DNA of 15,012 nt from Klebsormidium nitens (lineage: Eukaryota > Plantae > Klebsormidiophyceae): the NCBI GenBank assembly GCA_000708835.1. It is one part of the record DF238023.1 of this genome. One strand, written 5' to 3'. The notes beneath the pieces were generated by a model that did not search any database, was not told the origin of the DNA, and saw only the letters and a list, made by a program, of their open reading frames with translations. Below, piece by piece: positions 1-9,954 of the stretch. The translations under genes and the position numbers were made by a program. The number at the start of each line of letters is the position of its first letter. Position 1 is the stretch's first letter.

Positions 1-271
1 TGAAGTAGACAGGCAGCGTGTGACCCTGTCCAACCGTCACACCTAGGCCATGCTGAGGCAGCTGGATGCATACCCACAGTACATTACATCTTATCATTGC
101 ATGACTGATGTAGTATGCATTGAATGACCCGAGACCGATGCACGTCCGTTTGCGAAAATCACATAACATGTGCGTCGCCTACCTCTCATGCGCGGAAGGC
201 CCGAGAGTATAATTGGACCTACTCTACTACTCGGCCAATATCAACTACAATAGGCATGAGTCAAGCCGGCC

Positions 272-320
272 GGCCTCAGTGCCATTCAATGCATGAAGCC
301 TGGCTGGCAGCACTGAGGCC
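272..320. repeat. 11-bp inverted repeat
   Basis: GGCCTCAGTGC (272-282) / GCACTGAGGCC (310-320); extends inward with TGGCA if a 3-nt bulge is allowed. Confidence 0.75.
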
Positions 321-454
321 CGGGCGGCCGCGCCCAGAACGGGGGACCCGGCTGCGGCCGCGCCAGCACCGTACTCGGGCAAACGTACGGCCGAACGGGC
401 CGAGCGGCTTGGGATCTCAGTATTTCAACCGGCACCTCCGACCCGAGTCCCCAC

Positions 455-1150
455 CCCCCGAAATTGCGTGGAAACTTGAGTGTGACAGTCACTGGAACTG
501 CGACCGGTGGCCCCTCCGGTCGTGTACCGATGTCGCCGGCCGGCCTGGCTAAGATCCACATAAATTTTCGAACTTCAAGCTCCACTTCCAGGACCCCGGA
601 TTTTCACCTCCAAGAAGGCCCGGAACCCCGAAATCGAGTTCTCCCTTGTTCAAAGTTCTGGAAATTCCCTGGCGGACTGTAGCGACCCGGTGCCCTGAAT
701 GGTGCACCGATCACCATCTCATCCGAATTGTCTGCCAGAATTTGACCATCTTCCCCGAATTTGACCCGGTGAGTGTAGACTTCACATCCCGGGCGTCAAA
801 TCATTTCACATGGGACCATTTGTAGCCGGAAGTCAATACCCCGAAAAACATGCCCCATTTCATACAAAAATCGACGATTTCGTCTGGGAGCCCAGAAATT
901 GCCCCAAATATTGCTATAAAAGCGCTTGGTATTGAAAAGCGGTATCGCTGGGCCGGAGGTTGCAAGCATGCCCGGAACTTCGATGTGCCCCCCAAGTTTT
1001 CACCTGTAGATCATTCACAGATCCCGGATTTTGACGAATTGACCGGTGTGCAGTCTACCGCGCTCCAAAAATCCGAAATTGTCAAAAATTACCGCGGATT
1101 CTCGACCCCGAATTCCGTGCCAAAAGGATGATCAAAACCCCGAAATTTGA
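455..1150 (+). repeat. Non-coding region with clustered, same-orientation short motifs (probable transposon subterminal region)
   Basis: About nine CC(C)GAA(A)TT-like motifs (~458, 627, 722, 753, 839, 889, 1071, 1107, 1138), GACC(C)GGTG four times, CCGGATTTT twice, CCCGGAAC twice. Confidence 0.5.
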
Positions 1151-2029
1151 TAAAACCACCCAAGAAATTCATCAGGATGATTTCACGCCTCAACGGCAAC
1201 AAATATTGAATTGGCCATAGGCTTTATCCGAGAGGCACTAGCTCTTTAATGCATGCAATCATTCAATGATGGAGCCTCAACGTGCTGCATAAATTATTAA
1301 ACTTTTAGCTACGCACCAATACTGCGTGTGTGTGTCCAGCAAACTATTCAAAAGCTGGATTGCGCATATACATCCTAACATGTAGCGCATCGTGTTTAAT
1401 ACTTGCATATATGTATACTGCTGCCGCCAAGGTACTACCTTGGTATGTGCACGTTTGTTGAAGATCGCTAATTTATATTCATAATTGAGAATCGCACATG
1501 TTGCATATGCATGTACGCCGGCGTGTTGTGGCCGCGGAGCTATGATCGACTCATCTATTAAATCGTCGGGCTCCTAGTACGTACCATACCGGGCTGTCCA
1601 CCATTCATCCAATGATCGAAGAGCATGAACAACGGACGCAAGCAAGGTTCGACAGGTAGCAGCGCGGCTCAGTGCATCAACTCGCGATTCTAAGTAGTAT
1701 GGGCAAACATTCACGAAGCTTGTTTTAAATATTGACGACGCCGCCATGGTCGGTCCGATTTAACGAGATCAATTGATGTCCGGATTCAATGCACTTGAGG
1801 GCCTCGGTCATGCGGTATGCTCAACCCTCGGCCACTCCCGGCATTCGTAGTTGCAAATACATGTTATACATTCCTGGTCATCCTTGTCGCTAAATCAATG
1901 TTTGCAACATGCTTTTAAAGTTTAGCCTCACGATCGGCATATATGCATGTTGCAGATTAGAATGGTCGCAAATCACAGATTTGTCAACTGAAACCGATTG
2001 GCAAACTCCCGAGTTCAATCGTACACGCT

Positions 2030-2413
2030 TTAAGTGGTCGGCCTGCTTGGTCCCGCGGCCGACGTATTCAGCCCTGTGACTACTAGCTTGGGCGCGTACT
2101 TGCATACGGGTCTTCCCTTGGCCTTACACTCAGCACAGATCGGCAATACGGTTGCAAACCTTGCCAATAAGTTTGGATCGTCCTCAACAAGATCCTCCAT
2201 GTCACCGCAATACTTGCAACACCTGTTGAAGGCGTTGGGCACTGCTTGCGCGTAATATGTCCTCTCCACGTCATCCGCGCAAGTGACCCCTTGGCGGACA
2301 AAAGCCACCTCGTGCACGGGCTTCCGGCTGTGCTCGTCTTTCGCAGCCTGGCTCAACGAGACAGTCCGAGCAGGCAGCCGAGTTGGCACAGGCCGGGGGC
2401 CACCCTGGGAGCC
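2030..2413 (-). pseudogene. Transposase terminal exon, Cys-rich putative Zn-binding domain
   Basis: Acceptor cctggcag|GGC (alternative in-phase acceptor at 2404). Encodes FVRQGVTC..DVERTYY..CCKYCG..VLPICAECKAKG, with stop at 2032-2030. Confidence 0.7.
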
Positions 2414-2636
2414 CTGCCAGGAATAAGCTGATCATCATGAGAGGGCAGATTTGAACGACAGCCAATGAGTTAATTTCGACCTTTTGACAACTACAGTAGC
2501 AGATTTCAGCAAGGATCAGCAACAATTGACAATGGATGCCCTAGGAGAACGAAGCTTCTTCAACAATCGCTTGTACAAAGTCTTCGACAGAACGGTCCTA
2601 AGATAAAGAATGTCCGAAATTTTGCACAGCACTCAC

Positions 2637-2789
2637 CTGCCCGACCGGTCTTGCTGATGCAGGGGGAGTAGCCCGAGCTTCAGCTCTCCCAGCAGCTGCT
2701 CGAGCTGCGTGGAAGATTGGTGCCAGGGGCGGTAGGCCCACCCGGGCAGTTCTGTTGTCGTGCGTCGTCGTTGCAGCAGCCGGTACGGC
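2637..2789 (-). pseudogene. Putative transposase exon 7
   Basis: tctgacatag|GCC...CAG|GTGAGT; 153 nt, open, phase 0-0, Ala/Pro/Arg-rich. Confidence 0.6.
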
Positions 2790-3075
2790 CTATGTCAGAA
2801 ACCATACTCAGAATCTAGAGCGAGGATTGATCTACTGAAGTTGGCACCTCCAACCAGCCGCGACCAAGTCTCGGTTTGCGCGCCTGAACTTTAAGACTCT
2901 AAGCAAAACACTGCAACTGTTCCTCGTAAGCTTTCCAACCACAGCGACCGTTGACGCCTGCACACACGCAATGCCTTTCTGAGACTTCGTGAAACTTCGA
3001 AGCGAAGTTTTTAACGCTACTTTGCCTTTGTAAGAATCTCAGTGCTTTCCGGCCAAGCAGCTCGAACCCGCTTAC

Positions 3076-3186
3076 CTGTTCTGCAGATGCAGCACTGGCA
3101 GGGAGTTCTCCACTAGGGGACTGAGCTCCTGTGGTTTCCCCTGGGAAGGCTGGTTCCCGATCCACCATCTCCTCGTCCATGGCCGT
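3076..3186 (-). pseudogene. Putative transposase exon 6
   Basis: ctttgcag|ACG...CAG|GTAAGC; 111 nt, open, phase 0-0 (TAMDEEMVDREPAFPGE...). Confidence 0.6.
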
Positions 3187-3453
3187 CTGCAAAGAGTGCA
3201 CGAGACCTGGCAGATTACTCTACATCAATAGAAGCTCCCTTTGATTTTTGAAAGAATGCAGTAAGAGCGTCATGATCCGAGAAGCCAACGGTTTTGCTGG
3301 ACCGCATGAACAAGAATTGGCACGGCGGCGAACGCCGCAACCTAAATTGACGAAAGATGCAGGCCTGACAATAAAACCATGATTCAGTACCCATAGCAGG
3401 GACGAAAGATGCTTGCAGCCCTTCAAGATCAGTTCGGGGCCATGGCAACCTAC

Positions 3454-3600
3454 TGGTGCGCTGGCTGGCTGCTCGGGGGCGCCGGGTACAGCCGGCTCTG
3501 GCTCAGGCTCGAGGGCGAAGCCGCGTGCAGCCTAAGCGGTCGGCGCTCGAGGAGGTGCCGGCACGTTTTCCGACACAGGCGGGGTCACCACTGGAGGCTC
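3454..3600 (-). pseudogene. Putative transposase exon 5 (Pro/Ala/Glu-rich)
   Basis: 147-nt GC-rich phase 0-0 block (EPPVVTPP..APTA*AARG..EPEPEPAVP) with donor |GTAGGT. Acceptor reads ttccaa rather than ttccag, and there is one in-frame TAG. Confidence 0.45.
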
Positions 3601-3761
3601 TTGGAACCAAACAAGGACGGTTGGAGACTTTATATTGTCGACTGCCATTTACTCTGGCATCAGATGAACGGCAAAAAGTCTAAATTGTACAGTTTCATAC
3701 GATCCAACCGTCGATCAAACAAACAGGCCGTGGCCAGTTGAGCCCCTGCTCAATCTGTCGC

Positions 3762-3790
3762 CGACAATAGTTCAACGACAATAGTTCAAC
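3762..3790. repeat. 14-bp perfect tandem duplication in a transposase intron
   Basis: CGACAATAGTTCAA x2. Confidence 0.85.
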
Positions 3791-4344
3791 AGTCTCGAGC
3801 AAATTAAAGCTTCAGACATCTGAAACGGATGCACGATGAGATTTGGATTCACCGTTCGAGCTTTCGGAGGCGGTGTCGCGCCATCATCAAGGCCATGTGC
3901 AGCTGCCGGTTGACGGTTTCCAGGGACCGCGCTCGCATCGCCGACCGAGGGGGGAGGACGAAGGGGAGTGGGCTGTACGACCACCGGGAATTGCTCCGGA
4001 ACCACGGGCGACGTGCCGCCCGGAAACAGGGGGTTCCCGCACGTGTAGAATACGTCTTCGAGCTGAAGCTCGAGGGATGACTTCTGCTGAGCGGTGAGAG
4101 CATACTTGGCGTAAATCACGCGGGGCCTGCTGCAATCGTCGCAGAACACAAGGTCGCGTGCATTCTGGCCGATGAACAACCCTGGATGTTTTTTGTCTTC
4201 CTGTTCGCCCTCCAACTGAGACGCCGTTTTAGGGGGGACTGGAGTCGCTCGGGGAGCATGGGCTTGCTCTGCCATTTGCCATTCCTGCCTCTGCGCCTCT
4301 GAGGTCCCCAAAGGCCGCTCCACGGCTGCCCGATCCTGTGAGGA

Positions 4345-4530
4345 ACCCCGTGCTCGCCCACGCCCGCCACCGCCGCGCCCCCGACCACCGCGCCCACCGC
4401 GACCACGCCCCGTTCTTCCGCCCCGTCCTTCACCCCGTCCTTCTCCGCCCTCGCCTTCTTGTCCAGCAGCAGTGCCTGCTCCGCCAGCCCCGCCTTGCGT
4501 TTGTCCACCCCTTCCGCCTGCCCCGCCTCT
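4345..4530 (-). repeat. Gly/Arg-rich (RGG/RG) low-complexity coding block
   Basis: Translation RGGAGGRGG...GRGEGRGGRTGRGRGGRGGRGRGGGGRGRARG. Confidence 0.8.
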
Positions 4531-5331
4531 TGGAACTGGGGTTGCCGCGCGCAGCGCTTCATCTTCGACGGCCGCCGTTGCCACGGCGCGCCTGAGGGAC
4601 GGGCGGAATTCCTCTGATGTTTGCTGGCCATAGACCTTCTCGAACGGAGAAAGTGGCCTTCCCGCTCGGGATCGGGGGTCGGGTCAGGGAACGGTTTCAG
4701 ACGCGCCCAGTCCTCGGCTGGCATCCGAGGAGGGGGACAGCACGTTCGATCATTGCACTTCTTGATTTCCAGGAAGTAGTGCCGCAACCCGCATGTGCTT
4801 GTTGACCCAAGCGTTGAAGGACGCCTTGTTTTTCAGGTGGACCGCCTGGAGTTTTTCTCTTTGGAGGCTCGGGTCGACCTTCAAAACCTCGTTCCAAAGC
4901 GCATCGATCTCCTCCTCCGTCGCCGATGGGACCACTGTATACGGTTCCCCCTTCAACTCCAGCCGCTCTAGCCGCCCCTCAAGAAGGGCAATCGGCGATG
5001 CCATGGACTCGCGCCAAGCTTCTCTAGCCCCTGGTTTCTGCGCAGCCGCTTTCCGGAGTTTGTCCAAGCTGGTAGCCTTCTTGAAGTGCTTTTCGAAGGG
5101 GACTAGCATCGGGCTCCGCATCACCCCTACGCCTTGGAAAGCGAGGTTAGTGGCCGCCATGATCCGCTCCTCGTTGTTCACGTAGGAGTTACATGGAACG
5201 GTGCGGACGGCTAGCAGATAGTCGAGTTTCAGAGCCTGAAAGAGGCAGATGGCGCTGACTTGGACAGACTTGTAGGTGGTCCGATGGTCTGGACCACCGT
5301 CTGAGAAGATTTCGAGGGCAGGAGGGACCTC

Positions 5332-5883
5332 CTGGTCGACAAGAGGGGGGTGCTCATCGTCAGCAACCTGGGGGGGTTCCCGACTGGTTGAGGGGGCCGA
5401 AGGGGGCTGCTCATTTGCCAGGGAACCTTCGTTGCTGGTCGGGGGGGGATGACCGCTGGGCTGAGGGACTGTTGGGGTCGGGGGCAGTCCACCGGTCGGG
5501 GAAACTGAGCCAGGAGCAGTCCAAGGGGGCAGTCTGGAGCTGAGCGGTGGCATGGCGGGAACACGGGGAAGGGGCTGGCTGCTGGTTAGAGGGACTTCGC
5601 TTGTGGTTGGAGGGGCCTGCTCGCTAGACGAGGGAACTTCGTTGTCGGTCGGGGCTGGATGCTCCTCGGCCGGGGGAACTTCATCCGTCGTCAGATCGGG
5701 CGGTGTGCTGGCTGGAGAAACATCGTTAGTTGTCCGGGGAGGCTGACCACTGGCAGGGAAGACCGCGGGGGGGGTTTGGGGGTCCCGTCCGTCACCCGGA
5801 GGTACTTCGTCTGCAGTCGGGGGGGCATGTTCGCTCAGCGGGGGGGCTGGATGGGTAGTCGGGGGCCCGCTGGCTAGGGGCAC
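5332..5883 (-). repeat. Pro/Thr-rich coding minisatellite-like insertion in the DDE domain
   Basis: Recurrent PPTxxEVP-like units (ADEVPP, TNDVSP, TDEVPP, DNEVPS, TSEVPL, SNEGSL, DQEVPP), some spaced 14 codons (42 bp) apart. Confidence 0.7.
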
Positions 5884-6837
5884 CTGAGCACTAAACCGGG
5901 GGCCCTCTTTCGTGACAACCGCGTTTTCCAGAATCCTCTTGAGTTCCGCCATGTGGCAAAGGGGACTGGAGGCCTCAAACGCTGCATCCTTCAGCATCAC
6001 GTGGACCCGCCCCCGGTAGAATGACTTGTCCTTCGCCGTCGAAATCAAGTCACCAATCTGGAGCAAGGCCACGGAGGGGACGATCTTGCCACGAGTGAAG
6101 TCGTGATCTAGAGCGATCACAGGCGTATCAGTCGCCTGGAGTACCCTTCGTCCTCGGTCGAGCGCAGCGACAGGAAGTCCTGGCTCTCCGACCTTCACGG
6201 CGTGCTTGTCATCCAGCCACACGACCGCCGCAACGTCGCAAAACTTCACGGCCCAACCGCAGAAGTACTGCTTGAGCATCGCCCCGTACTGCCCATCCTC
6301 GTGGTCCTTGCTCAAGAGGCGGCTCTGGACGGCGTACCGCATCTGCAAAGACAGAGAATGTAATAAGACCTCTATCCCCTGATAATCGCTCTAGGCTGAA
6401 GACATGTTCGAGCTCGCAAGGTGCAGCCTGGTAACAAAAGTAGCTGTATTGGAATTGCTAAAAGCAAAGGGCGGTGACAGATACTAGCTCATACGATTCA
6501 CAAAAGAGCGGATCCTGACAAATACATAAAGCATGGGGAAATCCAAAATCCGTTCGAAACATGTAACCAAACGATGTGGAATAGTAAAGAAATGGTACGA
6601 TTTGCTTTGCCTTACTAATGTTGTGCACACGGCACTTGCATCTCAGCACTCCAAACGTTTCTGCTCATTGCCCAAGCTTGAGAAATTGAAGCTGTTTGCA
6701 CCACAGACATCAAACATCGTCACGAGCAGCGAAATCCTTTCTAAGACTTTCCTTTCGTATTCTGGAACCCTGTCAAGATGTGCCTGTTCTGGACATGTAG
6801 CACACAAGCAAGAAAGCAAATAGGCGGTGCTTGTTAC

Positions 6838-7049
6838 CATGAATCGGCCGGTGTAGGCTAGGGCAGCTTGGCAGTATGGATTTTTGGGCCAGAACTGGAA
6901 CAGGAACCACCGCAGGGTTGGGACAGCTGCTGTCGGGGTTTTGCCTTTGAGGCGTGCCGCAGCCGCGTCGTGGAGGGTCCTTGCTGACAACCACTCCGCC
7001 AGATACGTGACCATCCCGTGCCTGCGGTCATTCACAGCTTGGCCCCGAC
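6838..7049 (-). pseudogene. Transposase exon 3
   Basis: Acceptor atctgcag|GT and donor ATG|GTAACA. Encodes AVNDRRHG...VPTLRWFLFQFWPKNP...YTGRFM. Confidence 0.75.
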
Positions 7050-7392
7050 CTGCAGATTGAGGGAGTCTCCATTTAATCCAACTTCACATGAAAACAAATG
7101 AACCAGACATTATCTGCAGAATTTCTTGCAAGCTGGCAAAGGGCAGAAGAGTCTCATCAAAGCTAGTTCGATTTGTCAAGAACCTGCAACATATGAATCG
7201 ATGAATATTGAATCCCTTGTCCAACGTCCGGCCAAGTAAAACACATGAACATAATTTGCTGAACGGTCCTCAGGCTTGTGCAAGAAGTTATGTGCAAATG
7301 ACTCATCTGGTCAAGGACTTCCGACGATGCGAAGAGTTTGAATATGTTCCGTACACCTGCTACAAGCTTGCAAGAGTTCAGTAAAAGCTTAC

Positions 7393-7784
7393 CTTCATCC
7401 AGCATCACTGCAACCTCATCCCAGAACTCATCAAAGCGCGAGTCCTTCGGTCCATTCAGCTCCCTCAGATCCAGCGCCAGGCCCGGGCTTTTCAGTAGCA
7501 GGATTTGATGCACTCTTTCGTTCACAGCCGCTTCCCTAGCGTGGATAGCAGCTGAAGCGTCATGAGTAAGATACTCGTAGACGAAGCGCAACACCTTGGA
7601 TGTGATCGCTTGGCTGTCCATGACTCCCTTGAACTCGCGCTGCATAGCACGGGTGTGGTATGTTGGCAGATCGCGCGCCAGTCCACCGACGACGCGAGCT
7701 TGAGCAGTGGCATCTCTAAGGATTTCCTGGTTGGGGACCCGCCAAACAAAGGTGTACTTGCCGGCGCCACCACCGGGATCATCG
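7393..7784 (-). pseudogene. Transposase exon 2
   Basis: Acceptor ctgcag|C and donor G|GTAAGC. Open frame DDPGGGAGKYTFVWRVP...LPTYHTRAM...DLRELNG...FDEFWDE; phases 2/1 fit the neighbouring exons. Confidence 0.75.
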
Positions 7785-8146
7785 CTGCAGTGACGGAACA
7801 ATCATCAGAGTCTTGCCAACTAGGTGCAGATTTACATTCATCACCTCTACAAAAACCGGTCAAAAACATATGAAGAGTCGGCCCAATCAGCTGTTTTTGA
7901 ACATGCAGATTTGCAGAAGACACCAAGAGACTCCCTCTGTCACAAAGTACAAGAGCCTCCTTTGATGTATTAAGTTTTACTCTTGGTCGTCCCAATTTGA
8001 TCGCTGTCTACAACCTGTTGCAGAGGAGGGACCTTTTCCATGGTCTCTCTGATCTAAAATACTGACGTTTGCTGATTTGTTTGGTGGCCTGTTAATCAGC
8101 ACTGACAATTCAGATGGTTGGGGCAGGGATTGGGGCGTCTACGTAC

Positions 8147-9659
8147 CTGAGCATCGAGACCGCAAAGGGCAGCCTCATCTCGTCCAGAAAGCGGTAGCGG
8201 TTGCGCTTATCCATAGCCTCTGTGAAGGCCAGCAGGTCCACGGGTGCATACATATCCTGAAGGGCAGCTTCTAGAGCAGCATACTGAGCCACAGCGCTCG
8301 CTGTCCTACAGGTCGAACGCTGGGGGCAGAAACGCCGCACCCCCGTGTGACTCAAAGACTCTGACTGGTTGCGTGCGAGCTTGCAAGCCCGTCACAGCTT
8401 CCCTCTTTGCCAGCAGATAGTCGGCATAGGCGTTCAAGCACTCCGCCAAGTTCTCGAGATCTTCCTTCAAGTAACTCCACTCCGTTCTTCCGAATGCTTC
8501 AGACGGGCAGCTGTAGGCATACAGCTTGTTGACATGGTGCCTCAGATCTGACTCGTTCAACTGCGGTTTTCCCTGCTTCTTTGCGCGCCAGTCGTTATAG
8601 CCCTGAAACCTATCAAAGCAGGCGGGAATGCCAACATGCATGGGCCTTACAGACCTTGCTGTTGACGCTGATGAGCCGCCCGTTGGGACAGCATCATCGC
8701 TCTCGCTGGAAACTCGAGCTCTACCAGCCGCCGCGTTGATGGCATAGTTTGGAAATTTTTAGAGCGGGAATGTTATGGAGACTTGGATTCGAACGAATTT
8801 GAAGAATGTTATGAATGGCGAAATCTACATTCGGCAAAAATTCGCCATGTGTCCGGCTACTTTCGACGGCTTTGGTCAACTCTAATAAGGAATTAGCCAC
8901 AATCTAGTTTGAATCTGTCGAGAATGCTTGTTTGCAAGCTTGCCATACAGATACCCAGTCTTTAATGCATTGGGACATCCAATTTTGGTCCCGTCTTCTT
9001 GTCTTTTGCACTTTCTGACAATTTTCCGAATTTTTGACGAATTTGTGACGAACGTCTTAAAGCATGTGATAAATACGTAAATTCGTGAATGTTATTGACC
9101 AAAACGACGAATGTCCAAACTATGGTTGATGGTCTCGTGGGCGTGATCAATGTACCAAAGAGCGCTGGTAAGCACGTTGACAAACCCGCGTCCGGTGGTG
9201 TCAACTGATGACGAGGAGAAGAGATATTGTCTATCTGCTAAGAAAGCTATCACGTCGTTGTGCAGACGCTCTTTACTATCGGAAGGAACGCTGTGCGGAG
9301 TAGGCAAAGCGGGGAGAGAGCTTTCTCTGGAACCTTGCATCAACACGTCCAGAGCATCGCCTTGCGCAGAACTTCCAGCAACAGCAGATTTCTTCAAGAA
9401 GAACCTCAGGCAGTTGCCAAAAGACAGAACGTCTGACACTGTGTAGCTTAAGTCGACTGCATTCCAGGGCGCCCCTGCCAGCTGCTTGCTGATGTGTGCT
9501 TCCTGCTCTTCAAAGGGCTAGATGAAGTGCTGGGCAAAAACGTTTGAGGGAGTCCTGAAGGACACGGCCTAGTGAATGCTCCTCTTCTATCTTAACAACA
9601 CTTGGAGGAAAGAGGACTTGTGATGGCTTTTGGATTGCCTGAACGCTGAAGACCACCAT
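8147..9659 (-). pseudogene. Transposase exon 1 (N-terminal region), interrupted by a MITE
   Basis: Probable ATG at 9659 (MVVFSVQAIQKP...). Peptides ALWYIDHAHETIN|AAAGRAR..., FQGYNDWRAKK, YAPVDLL..RYRFLDEMRL. Ends at strong donor AG|GTACGT (8147/8146). Confidence 0.65.
8743..9124. mobile_element. 382-bp non-autonomous hAT-type element (MITE) inserted in the transposase
   Basis: Perfect 11-bp TIR CATAGTTTGGA (8743-8753) / TCCAAACTATG (9114-9124). Perfect 8-bp TSD GTTGATGG (8735-8742, 9125-9132). Internal motif gaatgttat occurs three times. Removing the element plus one TSD restores the frame. Confidence 0.92.
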
Positions 9660-9721
9660 GACTTCAGGGCAAACACCTCCTCTCGCTCGCGGTTTCCATT
9701 TACGATCACGCCCTCAAGGAA

Positions 9722-9751
9722 CTGCCTACCCCCTGCCTACCCCCTGCCTAC
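9722..9751. repeat. 11-bp tandem repeat, 2.7 copies, upstream of the transposase ATG
   Basis: CTGCCTACCCC x2 + CTGCCTAC. Confidence 0.85.
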
Positions 9752-9954
9752 AGAACTGCAAGATGACTTCACCGCATCTCCGCATTGCGCAGCCATAGAT
9801 CTGTTGCATTGGGAGTACAACTAGCCCTGGCGAACTGCAGAGGACTAGCTGCATAGGCCATGCATGACGGTTTCACGTGGTAACGGTCACTTACAGCGGT
9901 AATGGTTGGGATGCTGACGTGGCAAGCCAGCCGATTTTAAAACAACATTTATTA

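Larger units (their letters stand above)
3853..6342 (-). pseudogene. Transposase exon 4: catalytic DDE core, RGG block and first Cys cluster
   Basis: Acceptor ctttgcag|ATG. ORF 4750-6348 holds all catalytic motifs. After two 1-nt frameshifts it continues as HYFLEIKKC..C.PPR..LKPFPDP..HF..FEKVYG..TSEEFRPS and CDDCSRPRVIY..YTCG. Donor ACG|GTGAAT. Confidence 0.8.
2030..9659 (-). pseudogene. Multi-exon Zator-like DD(43)E transposase pseudogene
   Basis: Hand-built exons with consistent splice phases: 9659-8147, 7784-7393, 7049-6838, 6342-3853, 3600-3454, 3186-3076, 2789-2637, 2413-2030. Motifs LDDKHAVKVGEP (D ~6213), DHDF (~6108), SDGGPDH (D 5301), NNEERIM (E 5169). Lesions: frameshift ~9540, TAG 9520-9518, MITE 8743-9124, frameshifts ~8300-8340, ~4788 and ~4645, non-canonical acceptor at 3601, TAG 3534-3532. 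Confidence 0.8.

Noticed and set aside
43-60. CTA|GGCCATGCTGAG as the left TIR of the Zator-like element
   Set aside because: Only 9/12 match to GGCCACGCGAAG, similarity stops after that, and the flank CTA does not match TAA.
124-1131. ORFs 124-552, 286-585, 464-682, 801-995, 850-1131
   Set aside because: No recognisable motifs; they overlap on both strands in GC-rich, motif-rich DNA.
311-1675. CACTGAG...CTCAGTG as a CACTA/CACTG element
   Set aside because: Only a 7-bp match, and the 3-bp flanks (CAG vs CAT) are not a TSD.
3409-5877. Plus-strand ORFs (e.g. 3409-3741, 3829-4080, 4338-4595, 4793-5185, 5552-5746)
   Set aside because: Antisense shadows of GC-rich transposase exons.
8306-8340. 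35-nt GT..AG mini-intron explaining the exon 1 frameshift
   Set aside because: Very short, and removing it leads into the wrong frame.
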